Shown: positions 63,813 through 64,000 of the stretch, one piece after another | Layout: each line of letters starts with the position of its first letter | Position numbering within the stretch: position 1 is the first letter of the stretch | NCBI RefSeq assembly: GCF_006345805.1 | Contig: NC_043026.1 | Location: 11,821,579-11,885,578, forward strand | Length of the DNA: 64,000 nucleotides | Source of the DNA: Octopus sinensis | Lineage: Eukaryota | Direction of reading: 5' to 3' | Translations under genes and position numbers: made by a program | The notes under the pieces: model-generated | What the model saw: only the letters and a program-made list of their open reading frames with translations | Database searches by the model: none | What the model was told of the DNA's origin: nothing

Positions 63813-64000
63813 TAAGGGAGAAAGTTGGTGTGTGAAAGCACGTGGTTGGATATATAGAAAATAGAAAAGAGTGAAAAAACTACAGAAGGCTTGTTTTATA
63901 AGGTTAAAGAATATATTTAAGTCGTTATGTTAGAAGAATGTTATAAAATTTTTCATACAGTAACATAGTTTTTGAAGAAATGACCGGTTTCGTGTTAACT

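Overview
This is eukaryotic, AT-rich, repeat-dense DNA, not a prokaryotic window. The SINE families, the C2H2 zinc-finger style and the microsatellite load suggest an octopus or other coleoid cephalopod (inference). The main feature is one + strand gene that the ORF track misses because its exons are tiny. It has a signal-peptide/LRRNT exon (ATG 13987, exon 13969-14174), then 29 symmetric phase-2/phase-2 exons each encoding one ~24-aa leucine-rich repeat (25 of 72 nt, plus 71, 75, 63 and 63 nt), then an LRRCT exon (62835-63004) ending in phase 1. The gene therefore continues past the window, after about 810 aa of ectodomain. Three dead LRR exon relics and paralogous intron flanks show exon-by-exon birth and death. 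In the intron before the LRRCT exon is a ~110-bp-arm inverted repeat whose loop holds a minimal type I hammerhead ribozyme with a compensatory U3-A8 core; four more degenerate or truncated hammerhead-like motifs lie in Penelope-like remnants. Upstream are a disrupted C2H2-ZNF array, an internally deleted mariner between inverted Helitron-like copies, and a piggyBac-like MITE array. The introns hold many SINEs, non-autonomous Helitrons, a Helitron Rep relic, solo LTRs, CR1/RTE/R4/Tx1 LINE fragments and very large microsatellites. Coordinates were counted by hand: exon boundaries were checked, repeat boundaries are approximate.
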